Of a stretch of DNA of 64,000 nt, positions 30,561 through 40,452 are shown piece by piece. Position 1 is the first letter of the stretch. Each line of letters starts with the position of its first letter. The DNA comes from an uncultured Chloroflexia bacterium. GTDB lineage: Bacteria; Chloroflexota; Chloroflexia; QHBQ01; JADMIH01. A program made the translations under genes and the position numbers. The notes under the pieces are model-generated. The model searched no databases and was not told where the DNA came from. It was given only the letters and a program-made list of their open reading frames with translations. Location of the stretch: the NCBI GenBank assembly GCA_963797095.1, contig CAWCNY010000002.1:416001-480000 (forward strand), in the 5' to 3' direction.

Positions 30561-32312
30561 ATGACAAGAACTGGAAAATCAAAACGCGGCTGGCCGTTTT
30601 CCCTGGCGGCTTTTCTCGTCCTGGGCCTGCTCGCGCTTCCTTGGCGGGCGGTTCCCGCTCTGGCACAGACTTCGGATCAACTGCATGTCGGCCCGGTGTC
30701 AGCACTGGCTATTGACAACGTAGGAGGGGGCTGGGGTTGGACCGGCCCCACCGGTCCCGATGACAACGGCCATCTGATTCGCCTCAAAGATGGCGCGTGG
30801 ACCCAAGTATCACGCAACGACGCGGCCGCCTCCGCGCTTGCGACGGCAGCAGCAATATACAAGATCGCACTTACAGGTGATGGTGCATCCGGTTGGGCTG
30901 TCGGCACGGGTGGTGGGGCACGCCTCTGGCACCTGAAGGAAGGCGTTTGGGAGGACACGCCCAACCCGTTTGCGAGCAATAGCGATGTTGTATGGAGTGA
31001 CCTTACTCTATCGTCCGATGGCAGTCAGGGCTGGCTGGTAGCAAGCGATAAATCGCTCCATTACTTGCTGGCGCGGCTCAATAACGGCCGGTGGGTGCGC
31101 GCCGACAATCCACCGTCGGGCGAGATGCGCTTCATCAGCCTGTCGCCCGACGGTATGCACGGCTGGGGCATTGGTCCCGGCCAGGAAAAGGCCAGGAATA
31201 TCGCGGTTCGCCTCGATGCGAACGGATGGGTGGGCGATGCGCTCGATCTTCCGTTCAACTCGATAGGGGTTATCGCCGACAATCTCGGCAATGGTTGGGC
31301 GATTGCCCCTCCTGTCTCCAGCGCTTTGATTCGCCTTACCCCGGATGGCGCACAACCCCTCCTGCCCGACCCTCGGAAGGATACTCCGAGCCTGTACCCT
31401 GGGCTGGTTATACAGTCGGTGGCGGTCAATGGCACGGGTAGAGGCTACGCCACCGCCACTTACAAGAAGCAGGGCAATCCGCTTACCGGCGCGGCCCCGA
31501 CGAACCAGCCGCAGCTGTTCTGGCTTGATGGCGACCGCATTACCGAAGTGCCGTTCGACGCCGTGCCCGCTACTCCACAGCCCTCCGACCCTCCTTACGC
31601 CGGACCGATCGCGATCAGCCCGGATGGGGCGCACGCGTGGCTTGCGGTCTCAACCGGCGATAGCAAGTTCATGAAACTGGTCGCTTTGCAGGAAGCGTGG
31701 CTGCACGACAACCCAAACCAGGCCGACCCATTACCGGGCGCGGGCATCTGCTTCAACGAGACACAGTTCTGCTTGCGTGGCATCTTCGCCAGGTTCTGGG
31801 AGACGCACGGAGGCGTGGATAGCTTGGGTTATCCCATCACCCCCGAAATCTTTGAGCCTGTAATCCACGGCGGTGATCCGGTCGAGACGGTCGTGCAGTA
31901 TACGCAACGTGCCCGCCTGGAATGGCACGCCGATCTCAGGGGCACGCCGTACGAAGTGCTGCTTGGCCTGCTGGGCGACTCGCTGGTTGACCCCAGGCTG
32001 AACGAGCCTCCATTCCAGCCCGTGCCTCCTATCACCCTTGCCAACGCCCGCTGGTTCGACGTGACCCAGCACACGCTTGGCAACCCGTTCCTCAGCTACT
32101 GGGAGAGCAATGGCGGGCTGCTGACTTTCGGCTACCCGCGCTCGGAAGCGTTTGAAGAGCCAAACCAGGCCAACGGCAAGACTTATCTTGTGCAGTACTT
32201 TGAGCGCAACCGCATCGAATACCACCCGGAGAACGAGGGCACAAAATACGAGTTCGAATTGGGCCTGCTGGGGGTGGAGCAATTCAAGGAGTTCTACGGG
32301 TTTACGCCGTGA
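30561..32312 (+). CDS. Secreted protein with propeller-like repeats and Chloroflexi-type C-terminal wall-binding repeats
   Basis: Signal peptide (..PALA/Q), repeated G..GW.V units, and two C-terminal W...GG...GYP...VQY..R.R.E.H...LGLLG repeats. Confidence 0.8.
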   Translation: MTRTGKSKRGWPFSLAAFLVLGLLALPWRAVPALAQTSDQLHVGPVSALAIDNVGGGWGWTGPTGPDDNGHLIRLKDGAWTQVSRNDAAASALATAAAIYKIALTGDGASGWAVGTGGGARLWHLKEGVWEDTPNPFASNSDVVWSDLTLSSDGSQGWLVASDKSLHYLLARLNNGRWVRADNPPSGEMRFISLSPDGMHGWGIGPGQEKARNIAVRLDANGWVGDALDLPFNSIGVIADNLGNGWAIAPPVSSALIRLTPDGAQPLLPDPRKDTPSLYPGLVIQSVAVNGTGRGYATATYKKQGNPLTGAAPTNQPQLFWLDGDRITEVPFDAVPATPQPSDPPYAGPIAISPDGAHAWLAVSTGDSKFMKLVALQEAWLHDNPNQADPLPGAGICFNETQFCLRGIFARFWETHGGVDSLGYPITPEIFEPVIHGGDPVETVVQYTQRARLEWHADLRGTPYEVLLGLLGDSLVDPRLNEPPFQPVPPITLANARWFDVTQHTLGNPFLSYWESNGGLLTFGYPRSEAFEEPNQANGKTYLVQYFERNRIEYHPENEGTKYEFELGLLGVEQFKEFYGFTP

Positions 32313-32315
32313 GGA

Positions 32316-32420
32316 GTTCGAGGTTCCAAGTTGCTGGTTCCAAGTTCCTAGTTTCTTGTTCGTAGTTAGTCGCATTGTGTGAAGACGACAACCAGGAACT
32401 AGGAACTTGGAACCAGCAAT
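32316..32420. repeat. Inverted heptamer arrays forming a 23-bp perfect stem between convergent genes
   Basis: (GTTNNNN)x8 and (NNNNAAY)x5. 32331-32353 is the exact reverse complement of 32397-32419. Confidence 0.9.
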
Positions 32421-33061
32421 TAAATTACCACCGGGCTTGCAAAGAGCAGCACTATGTCGCCGCCTGAGAAGGAATAGTCGGTGTAGCCGCAGAAATTGAA
32501 GCCCTGGCTCTTGCAGAACGATACGGCTGGGTGGTTCCTTGTGTGTAGCTCCAGCATGAAGGAGCGGACATTGAGGCCCTGGTTGTAGCGGGCCCAGCGG
32601 CGAGCGGCAGCGAGCAGCATCGAGCCTATGCCCCTGCCTCGGACGGAGTTGTCTACAACCAGGGCGCTTACCCACCCTATACCCGACCCCCTAACTACCG
32701 ACACGATGTTGTAGCCACAGACTCGTCCATCCAGGACGGCCACCTGCGCGAGGTCGGCGGTCTTCCACTGGCGCAACCGTTGTTGTAAAGCTGCTTCGTT
32801 GCCGTCCTTCACCAATGTGGCTACAGGCCCCGTCACTCGCCTTGCCCTGGGCAAGCGTACGGGCCGGAAAGTCACACTGAGGGGGCTATCACCGAGAGTG
32901 ACGCTGCTCGATAGGGTGTAGGGGGCAGCACCCGGTTCGCCGCGCGCCGGCTCTACCTGCCATGTATGCGTGGAGGCGTAGCTGTCGTCTATTTGCAGGC
33001 ATGCTTCAAGATCGCTCTCTTCGGCGGCGTGTATCTCGACTGGTTGGGCGGTGTTTCTCAT
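32420..33061 (-). CDS. GNAT family N-acetyltransferase
   Basis: LVVDNSVRGRGIGSMLL and N.PA..F....GF. Confidence 0.85.
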   Translation of the reverse strand: MRNTAQPVEIHAAEESDLEACLQIDDSYASTHTWQVEPARGEPGAAPYTLSSSVTLGDSPLSVTFRPVRLPRARRVTGPVATLVKDGNEAALQQRLRQWKTADLAQVAVLDGRVCGYNIVSVVRGSGIGWVSALVVDNSVRGRGIGSMLLAAARRWARYNQGLNVRSFMLELHTRNHPAVSFCKSQGFNFCGYTDYSFSGGDIVLLFASPVVI

Positions 33062-33098
33062 CGTGATCCGGTAGCAGTGTTCCTAGAATTATAGCACA

Positions 33099-36000
33099 CT
33101 ACCTCTCGCCCATCGTCTCCAGCACGCCGGTTAGGATCTCGCCCCACCGTTCGCCCGCCTTCGCCCTGTCTATCCTTACTTGATGCGGGCTGACCTTCAC
33201 GAAGTTGCGGAACTTGCGCTGCAAGACCAGCCTTAACCCCTGAGGAATAGGCTCTTCCTGTGGGGTTTGCACCGTTATCTCCTGGGCCAGCGCCCTGATG
33301 CTCTCCACGCCCGCCGATACCGCAAGCCCTTTCAATCTCAGCACTTCAAGCAAGTTGGACGCAGGCTCCGGCAGCGCCCCGAACCTATCTTCCAGTTCTC
33401 TCCGCAAATCCTTGATCTGCGATTCGCTCATGCTGGCGGCCATGCGCTGGTACATGCGCAGCCTGACCGCGTCGTCCGGCACGTACTCCTCCGGCAGATA
33501 GGCAGTCAGTGGCAGGTCGAGTGACACAGTTGGCGGCTCCTCCAGATCGGGGTTGTGGAGCGTGCCTTGCGGGATTACGGGCATCACCGCGACCTCGTCT
33601 TCTGCCGTCCACTGCTCGTCTTCGCCTGCTGCTCTGCGCCTGTCCTCTTTCGCCTTGCGCCCGCGCTCGGCACGCGCCTTCTCTACAGCGGTGGCGAGGA
33701 GCCGGGTGTAGAGGTCGAGGCCGATTGCGGCCACGTGCCCGCTTTGCTCAGGCCCCAGCAGGTTGCCCGCGCCTCTGATCTCCAGGTCTTTCAGAGCGAT
33801 CCTGAAGCCCGCACCCAATTCCGTGGCCTGCTCGATTACGGAAAGCCTTTCGCGGGCGGTGTCGGTTACTTTTCGGCCAGCGTGATAGAGGAAATAGGCG
33901 TAGGCTCTGTTGGCCCCGCGCCCCACCCGGCCCCTCAACTGGTAGAGTTGAGCAAGGCCCAGCTTGTCCGCGTGGTCCACTACCAGCGTGTTAGCGTTCG
34001 GGATGTCCAGCCCCGACTCGATGATCGTTGTGCAAAGGAGCACGTCCGCATCGCCCCCCACGAACCTCTGCATTACCTTCTCAAGATGGTGTTCGGGCAT
34101 CTGGCCGTGTCCCACGATGAAGCGGGCCTCCGGCACCAGCGCCTCCATCTCCAGCAGCAGCTTATCTATCGTTTCGACCCGGTTGTGCACGAAGAATACC
34201 TGCCCTCCGCGCTCCAACTCCCTCAGGATCACTTCTCTTACAAGCTGCGGCCTGAATGCCGTGACGTATGTCTTGATCGGTAGCCTTGATTCCGGGGGAG
34301 TCTCGATCAGCGAGAGATCGCGCACACCTGAGACCGCCATATAAAGGGTGCGGGGGATCGGCGTGGCCGAGAGGGTGATCACGTCCACCTCTGAGCGAAG
34401 CTGCTTGAGGCGCTCTTTGTGGCGCACCCCGAACCTTTGCTCTTCGTCTATAACGACTAGCCCCAGGTTCTTGAAGTGGACGTTCTTCGATAGCAGCATG
34501 TGCGTGCCTACCAGGATGTCGATCTGCCCAGCTTCGAGGTCTTTTATGATCTGCTCCTGCTCTTTCCTGGACCTGAAGCGCGACAGCATACCCACCTTTA
34601 CGGGGAAGGCCGCCAGCCGCTCGGAGAAGGTGTTGTAATGTTGTTGGGCGAGCACCGTTGTGGGCACCAGCACACCCACCTGCCGACCGTCCATAACCGC
34701 CTTGAACGCTGCCCTCAGCGCCACCTCGGTCTTGCCGTAGCCAACGTCCCCGCAGATGAGGCGGTCCATAGGGCGCGCGACCTCCATATCGGTTTTGACT
34801 TCTTCGATGGCTCTCAACTGGTCGGGCGTCTCCACATAGGGGAAGCTATCCTCAAGCTCGATCTGCCAGGGCGTATCCTGCGGGTAGGCGTGGCCCGGTG
34901 CGGTCTCGCGGGCAGCGTAGAGGTTCAAAAGCTCCTTCGCCAGCAGTTCCGCGCTCTCCCTCACCTTGCGCTTGGTGCGCGACCATTCCTGCGTGCCAAG
35001 CCTGTGCAAATGAGGTGGTGGCCCTGCCCCGATGTAGGGCGCTACCCTGTCGGTCTGGTCGGCTGGCACGTAGAGCCTGTCGTTCTCGGCGTAGAGGAGG
35101 AGCATATACTCACGCTCGACGCCATCGCGGTCCATCCTGACCAGCCCGCCGTATTTGGCTATGCCGTGCTCTACGTGAACCACGTAATCGCCGACCTGCA
35201 ATTCGAGCAGCATCTTCTCGCGCAGGATGGCTGCGGCGTCAGCGGCGTTGGCCCTGCGCGCGGGCGTGCCCTGTGCCTGCCTGCGGAGGGCGCTGCTCCT
35301 GCCGAACAACTCGGCGTCGGTCAGCATGACCACCTCGGACTGGCCGAACTGGGGTAGCCGCCACCCCCCAGCCAGCGTGCCCTGCAACAGGTGTACCGAC
35401 CCAAGCGATGGTGGCGTAGTAAGGCTCTCCACGATCCCCTTGCCCCCGGCGGATAAGGCCACCTGTTCCACACCTACTATTTCCGCTCTTGGAGCTTGCG
35501 TTTTGGGCAGCAGACCGGTAGAGGTACGCGGTCCACGAAGAGTGTCGTCGTTCGTCGTTCGTCGTTCGTCCGCAAATGCTGACCCTTTGCGGATCGTAGG
35601 ATAGATATCGGCTTCCTCCAATAGCTCCCGCAGGCGCGCTGATTGCTGCGACACGATTACTATTCGCGCCTTACCGGCCAACAGGTCCGCGATATCTTCG
35701 ATGGCCGAGTCGATCCTGCCCGCGTAGAGGGACGGCATCTCGAACCGTGGGGCCTCCAGCGTGTTCCCTGGATCCTCTCCTGCCCCACCCACGTACAGGA
35801 TAGGCAACCCGCGTCCGTGTGTCGCCACCTCGTTCCATTCGAGATAGGGCCTCAAGAGGCCGGGCGGCAACTCGCCATTATCGACAAACCCTCTGTACAG
35901 GTCTGCCGCTTGCCTCTCGATCTCGCCTACTTCCAACGCAATCAGGTCGGGGTCGTCCAGCACTAACAGCGGACTCCCACCGCCATCGGCTGGGTCGTTG

Positions 36001-36932
36001 TTGGTCCAGATAGCCAGGTAGTCGGCCAGGCTGGCGGGAGGCCAGGTGTAGTAGGGCGCGAACAACTCCATACCCTCGAAGCTCTCCCCCATTTCGATCC
36101 GCTGTAGCTGCGCCTCCCATTCTTCGCGCACTTCTTCCCGGAGGCTAGAAGAACCGATCTCGCGCAGCTTCTCTACGGCGCTTTCTCGTCTCCAGAGCGG
36201 TATTTCGCAGGCCGGGGTAATGATCGCTCCCTCTGCCTGTCGCTCGGATCGTTGAGTGAGCGGGTTGAACACCCGTATTGAGTCGACCTCATCGCCGAAG
36301 AACTCGATCCTGATGGGCAGCGTGGAGGTGGGAGCGTAAATATCGACGATGCCGCCGCGCCTGCTGAACTGTCCAGGCGCATCTACCATCGCCACCGGTT
36401 CGTATCCCAGGTCTACCAGGTGGCCCAGGAGGTCGTGCAGGTTCACCCTTTCGCCGCGCCGCAACCTCCTCACCGCATAGGCCAGGTCGTCGGGGGCCAT
36501 CGTGGGCTGCATGAGGGCCAACACCGAGGTCACGATCACGGGCGCTGCTGGCCGTATATCTGCCAGTTCCCCTCTGTTTGCCCCCAGCGAAGCGAGCACG
36601 CGCAATCGCTCTCCCACTATGGTTGGGTCGGGCGCAATACGCTCGTAGGGGAGCAGGTCGGGCGCGGGAAAGAGGTAGAGAGGCGTACCCGGCGGTGAAT
36701 AGGCCAGCAATCCCTCGTAAAGCTGCCGCGCCCGGTCGGGCCTGGGCGTCACCAGGATCACGGGCCTGCCCTGCGTGCCTGTTACGTCTGCGTGCAAGGC
36801 CGCGAGCAAGTAGGGCCGCGCGGCGTCAAGAGGCGCACTGCTCCGTACATTCTCTCCTGAGGCAACGGCGCGCGCTAAAGCCCCGTAACCCGGCTGGTCA
36901 TATAGAAGTGGAAGCAATCCCGAAAGCGACAT
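33099..36932 (-). CDS. mfd: Transcription-repair coupling factor
   Basis: RGGIVDI, GDYVVH..HG, DRLICGDVGYGKTEVALRA, DEEQRFG, SATPIPRT, QLRGRVGR and the TRCF domain. Confidence 0.98.
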   Translation of the reverse strand: MSLSGLLPLLYDQPGYGALARAVASGENVRSSAPLDAARPYLLAALHADVTGTQGRPVILVTPRPDRARQLYEGLLAYSPPGTPLYLFPAPDLLPYERIAPDPTIVGERLRVLASLGANRGELADIRPAAPVIVTSVLALMQPTMAPDDLAYAVRRLRRGERVNLHDLLGHLVDLGYEPVAMVDAPGQFSRRGGIVDIYAPTSTLPIRIEFFGDEVDSIRVFNPLTQRSERQAEGAIITPACEIPLWRRESAVEKLREIGSSSLREEVREEWEAQLQRIEMGESFEGMELFAPYYTWPPASLADYLAIWTNNDPADGGGSPLLVLDDPDLIALEVGEIERQAADLYRGFVDNGELPPGLLRPYLEWNEVATHGRGLPILYVGGAGEDPGNTLEAPRFEMPSLYAGRIDSAIEDIADLLAGKARIVIVSQQSARLRELLEEADIYPTIRKGSAFADERRTTNDDTLRGPRTSTGLLPKTQAPRAEIVGVEQVALSAGGKGIVESLTTPPSLGSVHLLQGTLAGGWRLPQFGQSEVVMLTDAELFGRSSALRRQAQGTPARRANAADAAAILREKMLLELQVGDYVVHVEHGIAKYGGLVRMDRDGVEREYMLLLYAENDRLYVPADQTDRVAPYIGAGPPPHLHRLGTQEWSRTKRKVRESAELLAKELLNLYAARETAPGHAYPQDTPWQIELEDSFPYVETPDQLRAIEEVKTDMEVARPMDRLICGDVGYGKTEVALRAAFKAVMDGRQVGVLVPTTVLAQQHYNTFSERLAAFPVKVGMLSRFRSRKEQEQIIKDLEAGQIDILVGTHMLLSKNVHFKNLGLVVIDEEQRFGVRHKERLKQLRSEVDVITLSATPIPRTLYMAVSGVRDLSLIETPPESRLPIKTYVTAFRPQLVREVILRELERGGQVFFVHNRVETIDKLLLEMEALVPEARFIVGHGQMPEHHLEKVMQRFVGGDADVLLCTTIIESGLDIPNANTLVVDHADKLGLAQLYQLRGRVGRGANRAYAYFLYHAGRKVTDTARERLSVIEQATELGAGFRIALKDLEIRGAGNLLGPEQSGHVAAIGLDLYTRLLATAVEKARAERGRKAKEDRRRAAGEDEQWTAEDEVAVMPVIPQGTLHNPDLEEPPTVSLDLPLTAYLPEEYVPDDAVRLRMYQRMAASMSESQIKDLRRELEDRFGALPEPASNLLEVLRLKGLAVSAGVESIRALAQEITVQTPQEEPIPQGLRLVLQRKFRNFVKVSPHQVRIDRAKAGERWGEILTGVLETMGER

Positions 36933-36959
36933 AGCTTATTACTGATGAGAGATGCCTTG

Positions 36960-37748
36960 CTATTCCCCTCGGATGATACGGGCTATACGCTCTCGTATCG
37001 AATCTATCGAAATTTCCTCTTTGGTGCTGTCCGAAGGGCCTGTAGGAGTTTCACCGGATGGTTCCTTTGCTCCGTGTACCCGCCCCTTCACTGACCCAAA
37101 CTCTCGCCTTGACTCGCCCTTCGTGGGCTTGTCGTCCTTTCCGTTGGTCGCTGGGCCAGTGTTGTAGGTGTTCATCGCTCTTTCGATGCCTATCTTGAAG
37201 ACGGCCTCGACCGCCTCCGTCGCGCGCTTGATCGTCTCTTCGACCAGAGGCTGTTCTTCCTTCATGAAGCGCCCAAGTACCCAGTCGATCTGGCTGTGGC
37301 GAGGGTCAGCCGGGCGGTCCACACCCACCCTTATTCGCGGGATGGCCTCGGTGCCCATGTGCGAGATCACGCTTTTTACGCCGTTGTGGCCCGCCGACGA
37401 GCCTTTCTCGCGGATGCGTATGGTGCCTACGGGGAGCGCGATATCGTCATAGATGATCAGGACTTTTTCGTTCGGCACCTTGTAGTAGGAGGCGAGAGCG
37501 CGGACCGATGTACCGCTGTTGTTCATGAATGTCTGCGGCTTGGCGAGGATCACTTTCTCGCCAGCGATATCGCCCCTGGCTATTTCGGCGTTGCCTTGCT
37601 TGCTTGAGAAGCGGAGGCCGTGCTTGCGGGCAAGTTCATCGACCACCATGAACCCGATGTTGTGGCGCGTGGCGGCATAGCGAGGCCCGGGGTTGCCCAG
37701 CCCCACGATCAAATATGGCGTATTGGTTTGGGTGAGTTTTTTCTCCAC
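36960..37748 (-). CDS. pth: Peptidyl-tRNA hydrolase with C-terminal extension
   Basis: LIVGLGNPG..Y..TRHNIGF, KPQTFMN.SG, GHNG. Conserved pth-mfd order. Confidence 0.97.
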   Translation of the reverse strand: MEKKLTQTNTPYLIVGLGNPGPRYAATRHNIGFMVVDELARKHGLRFSSKQGNAEIARGDIAGEKVILAKPQTFMNNSGTSVRALASYYKVPNEKVLIIYDDIALPVGTIRIREKGSSAGHNGVKSVISHMGTEAIPRIRVGVDRPADPRHSQIDWVLGRFMKEEQPLVEETIKRATEAVEAVFKIGIERAMNTYNTGPATNGKDDKPTKGESRREFGSVKGRVHGAKEPSGETPTGPSDSTKEEISIDSIRERIARIIRGE

Positions 37749-37869
37749 AGCTTTTCATTATACAAGTTGGTATTGTGACATGTCTAATCCTCTTTTGGTT
37801 ATTCCAGGGGGATGCAGAGTCAGATAAAGAGGTAGGAAAGGCCACCCATCTAGGCCCTTGTCATTCTGA

Positions 37870-38866
37870 ACGACCACAGCTTGCAGGTATTGGATGTCGA
37901 TCTGAGCGGCCAGCCCTGCGGCCCCAAGGCTGCCTTTGCCACCAAGGGCTACTTTGCTCGCCAGCGCAACCGTCGTGGCCGCCAACTCGGTCGGGTGGTA
38001 GCCAGCCGCTACAATGAGATTGTCGTGGACCGCCTCTTCCCTGGCACCACCCAACTGAACACCGCCTTGAGTGGCCTGCTGCAAGGGGCCGAAGCAAGTC
38101 TTGAACTGGACGAGGCACGTCGCAATCGGACGCTGGTGCGGGTAGATGCTGGCGGTGGCAGCCAGGCGGACCTCAACTGGTTGATGGCGCGAGGCTATCA
38201 AGTGCTGGGTAAGGAGTACTCGACCAAGCGTGCTCGTAAACTGGCTGGGAGCGTGAGCGAATGGGTGGTGGACCCCCACCACCCAGGGCGGGAGATGGGT
38301 TGGGTCACGGTGCCCCCCGAGCGAGTACGTGCGGCCCGTGGTACGCATCGCGGTGCGCTGCAAGAAGGCCAACGGGCAGTGGGCTGTGGGTGTGCTGATC
38401 ACGACGCTGTCGGAGGCAGAGGTGGTGGCGGCGCGGAAGTTGGCGAGGGTGTGTGAGGGAGACGAGCACAGCGTGCTGAGGGCCTACGTCTACCTGTACG
38501 ACGAACGCGGCGGCGCAGCAGAGACGACGTTCAAGGAAGATAACCAGGGGTTGGGGCACAGACAGCGGAGCAAGAAGCGGTTCGAAGCGCAGCAGATGGC
38601 CGGCTACCTGACGACGTTGGCGCACAACGTGTTGGTCTGGGTGCGCAACTGGTTGAGTCCAGGAGCGCCACGGCTGCGGCAGTATGGGTTGAAACGCTTG
38701 GTACGCGATGTGTGGCAGATCAGCGGTGCAGTCGAAGTGGACGCGAGTGGAGCGATCCACCGCATCATACTGAATGAGGCCAACGCTTTGGCGCGTCATC
38801 TTGTGCTTGCTCTGCAAAGTTTACTCCAACAACAGCATGTGGTCGTTACTTTGGGCGAAATCTAGG
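37870..38866 (+). pseudogene. Degraded DDE transposase (IS1380/IS4-superfamily-like), 5'-truncated and frameshifted
   Basis: LDVD.SG...KGYF, VR.DAGGG and Y..RGG..E..FKE..QG motifs are split over ORFs 37881-38456 and 38329-38865. Removing one C from the C6 run at 38313-38318 joins them. Confidence 0.8.
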
Positions 38867-38868
38867 TA

Positions 38869-38931
38869 ACTAAATGGCAATAGAGGGGTAAAACGGGACG
38901 CTTTTTCGGGTGTACTTTCGGGTACATTTTT
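38869..38931 (-). repeat. Dispersed ~65-bp intergenic repeat, copy 2
   Basis: Reverse complement contains ACCCGAAAGTACACCC and TGCCATTTAGT, as at 16871-16933. Confidence 0.75.
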
Positions 38932-38999
38932 GAGGATGTGGTTATCGTGGGAAGATCGCCAGGACAATGCTTTGCTGACCTCCCAAGACCCCACTCCAA

Positions 39000-39099
39000 C
39001 CCCTCCCCGAATCTCGGGGAGGGGCGTTCTAAAGGGAGCGAAAATGGCGGCGCAGCCGCCATTTTCGCTCCCTTTAGAACCAGATTGCACGCCTGCGAA
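39000..39099. repeat. Dispersed palindromic (REP/MITE-like) element, copy 2
   Basis: CCCCTCCCCGA-ATC-TCGGGGAGGGG, then a perfect 26-bp stem (39026-39080, loop GCA), then tail AGATTGCACGCCTGCGAA. Confidence 0.85.
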
Positions 39100-39276
39100 C
39101 CTACTTGTAGATTCGTGATATCTCTGGATTTAGCAGCCCCTACTTTGGTAAGCGGAGGGCGTGTTGAACATGGGTTGGGTTTGTGCTAAAATGGGCCTCC
39201 AACGCCGGGGTCTTGTACATTCGGCGTGGTGGCAGTACATGCTCCCGGCTCTTCACTCTAGTCAGGAAACCCGCCC

Positions 39277-40431
39277 ATGCTTACACTTACTTTGCCTTTT
39301 AGTCTTGGCGTTTTGCAGACCGCTGTTCGTAGGTATCTCTCGCAACCATCCGCCGAGTTGGGCGACATCGTGCCGCGACGGCTGGGCGGGGGCTTCTCAG
39401 GAAGCCCAGTTTACCGGCTCAAGGTGAGCTATTATGGAGGAAACGGGGATGTTGGCGAGCTAAATTTGGTGTACAAGGAGGGCACACAGTGGGCGGGCGC
39501 TCTCACCGCCGAGGCGGCGCGCCGCGAGGTCCACTTCTACCGGACACTTGCTCCTTACCTTCCCGTGCGCACGCCCCGGATCCTCCTTACTGCACACGAT
39601 ACGCCCGCCGGTGCGGGTGGGTCGCCTGAGGGGATATCTACAGGCCTCGGCACACGAGCCGCCCCCCTGCCCGATTTCTCCGGCCCGGATTGGTTTCTAT
39701 TGGAGGCCCTGCCGACCGAGGCCGTGTGGCCGCAGGCTACCTGGACGGAGCGGCATTATCGCGAAGCCCTTACTGCCCTGGCCGATCTACATGCCCAATG
39801 GTGGGACCGCCCTCCCGACCCTGTTACACACCCGTGGATATGGACGCCTACAGGTGGGCACTCGTGTTCGCTGGCGCGGGACGCACACGAGGCTTTTCTG
39901 GAGATTGAGGGTGCAGCATGGGCCAACGAGTTCTTCTCGCGTGAGGAGTTGCGGGCGTGGTTGGATATAACGTCCGACCCTTCGCCTCTGCTCGGTATTC
40001 TGAACGCCATGCCGCACACGCTTATTCATGGCGACTATTGGCCCGGCAATATTGCACTGCAGCCAGGCTTGCATCACGATCCTGAAGGCGGCGCTCCCGC
40101 TGTGTTCGACTGGCAGTTCGCGGGCGTTGGCCCCTCCGCCTACGACCTTGCTTGCTTCCACTCGACATCGCGGTGGTGGTTTGGCAACCTCCCTCTTTCT
40201 TTGGCCGAGATGCGCCGCCACTACCTGTCTCGCCTCAACGATTTGCTCGACGTTCGCATAGACCGCGCTCTCTTTGACCTTTCGCTCGATGCTGCCCGCG
40301 CCTGGCGCTTCGCCACTTTCTGGTCTCATGCTATCCTGCAATACAGGGTCTATCTCCTGGCCCGCCGCTCCTACATGCAAACGACCTTGCTCGCGCCCGC
40401 GCTGGCCTCGCTTCGGCGCTGCCTGGACTGA
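39277..40431 (+). CDS. APH/choline-kinase-like phosphotransferase
   Basis: RE..FY, LADLHA, TLIHGDYWPGN, FDWQ, YDLA. Confidence 0.88.
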   Translation: MLTLTLPFSLGVLQTAVRRYLSQPSAELGDIVPRRLGGGFSGSPVYRLKVSYYGGNGDVGELNLVYKEGTQWAGALTAEAARREVHFYRTLAPYLPVRTPRILLTAHDTPAGAGGSPEGISTGLGTRAAPLPDFSGPDWFLLEALPTEAVWPQATWTERHYREALTALADLHAQWWDRPPDPVTHPWIWTPTGGHSCSLARDAHEAFLEIEGAAWANEFFSREELRAWLDITSDPSPLLGILNAMPHTLIHGDYWPGNIALQPGLHHDPEGGAPAVFDWQFAGVGPSAYDLACFHSTSRWWFGNLPLSLAEMRRHYLSRLNDLLDVRIDRALFDLSLDAARAWRFATFWSHAILQYRVYLLARRSYMQTTLLAPALASLRRCLD

Positions 40432-40452
40432 CCACCGAGGAATCGAGTCCCA

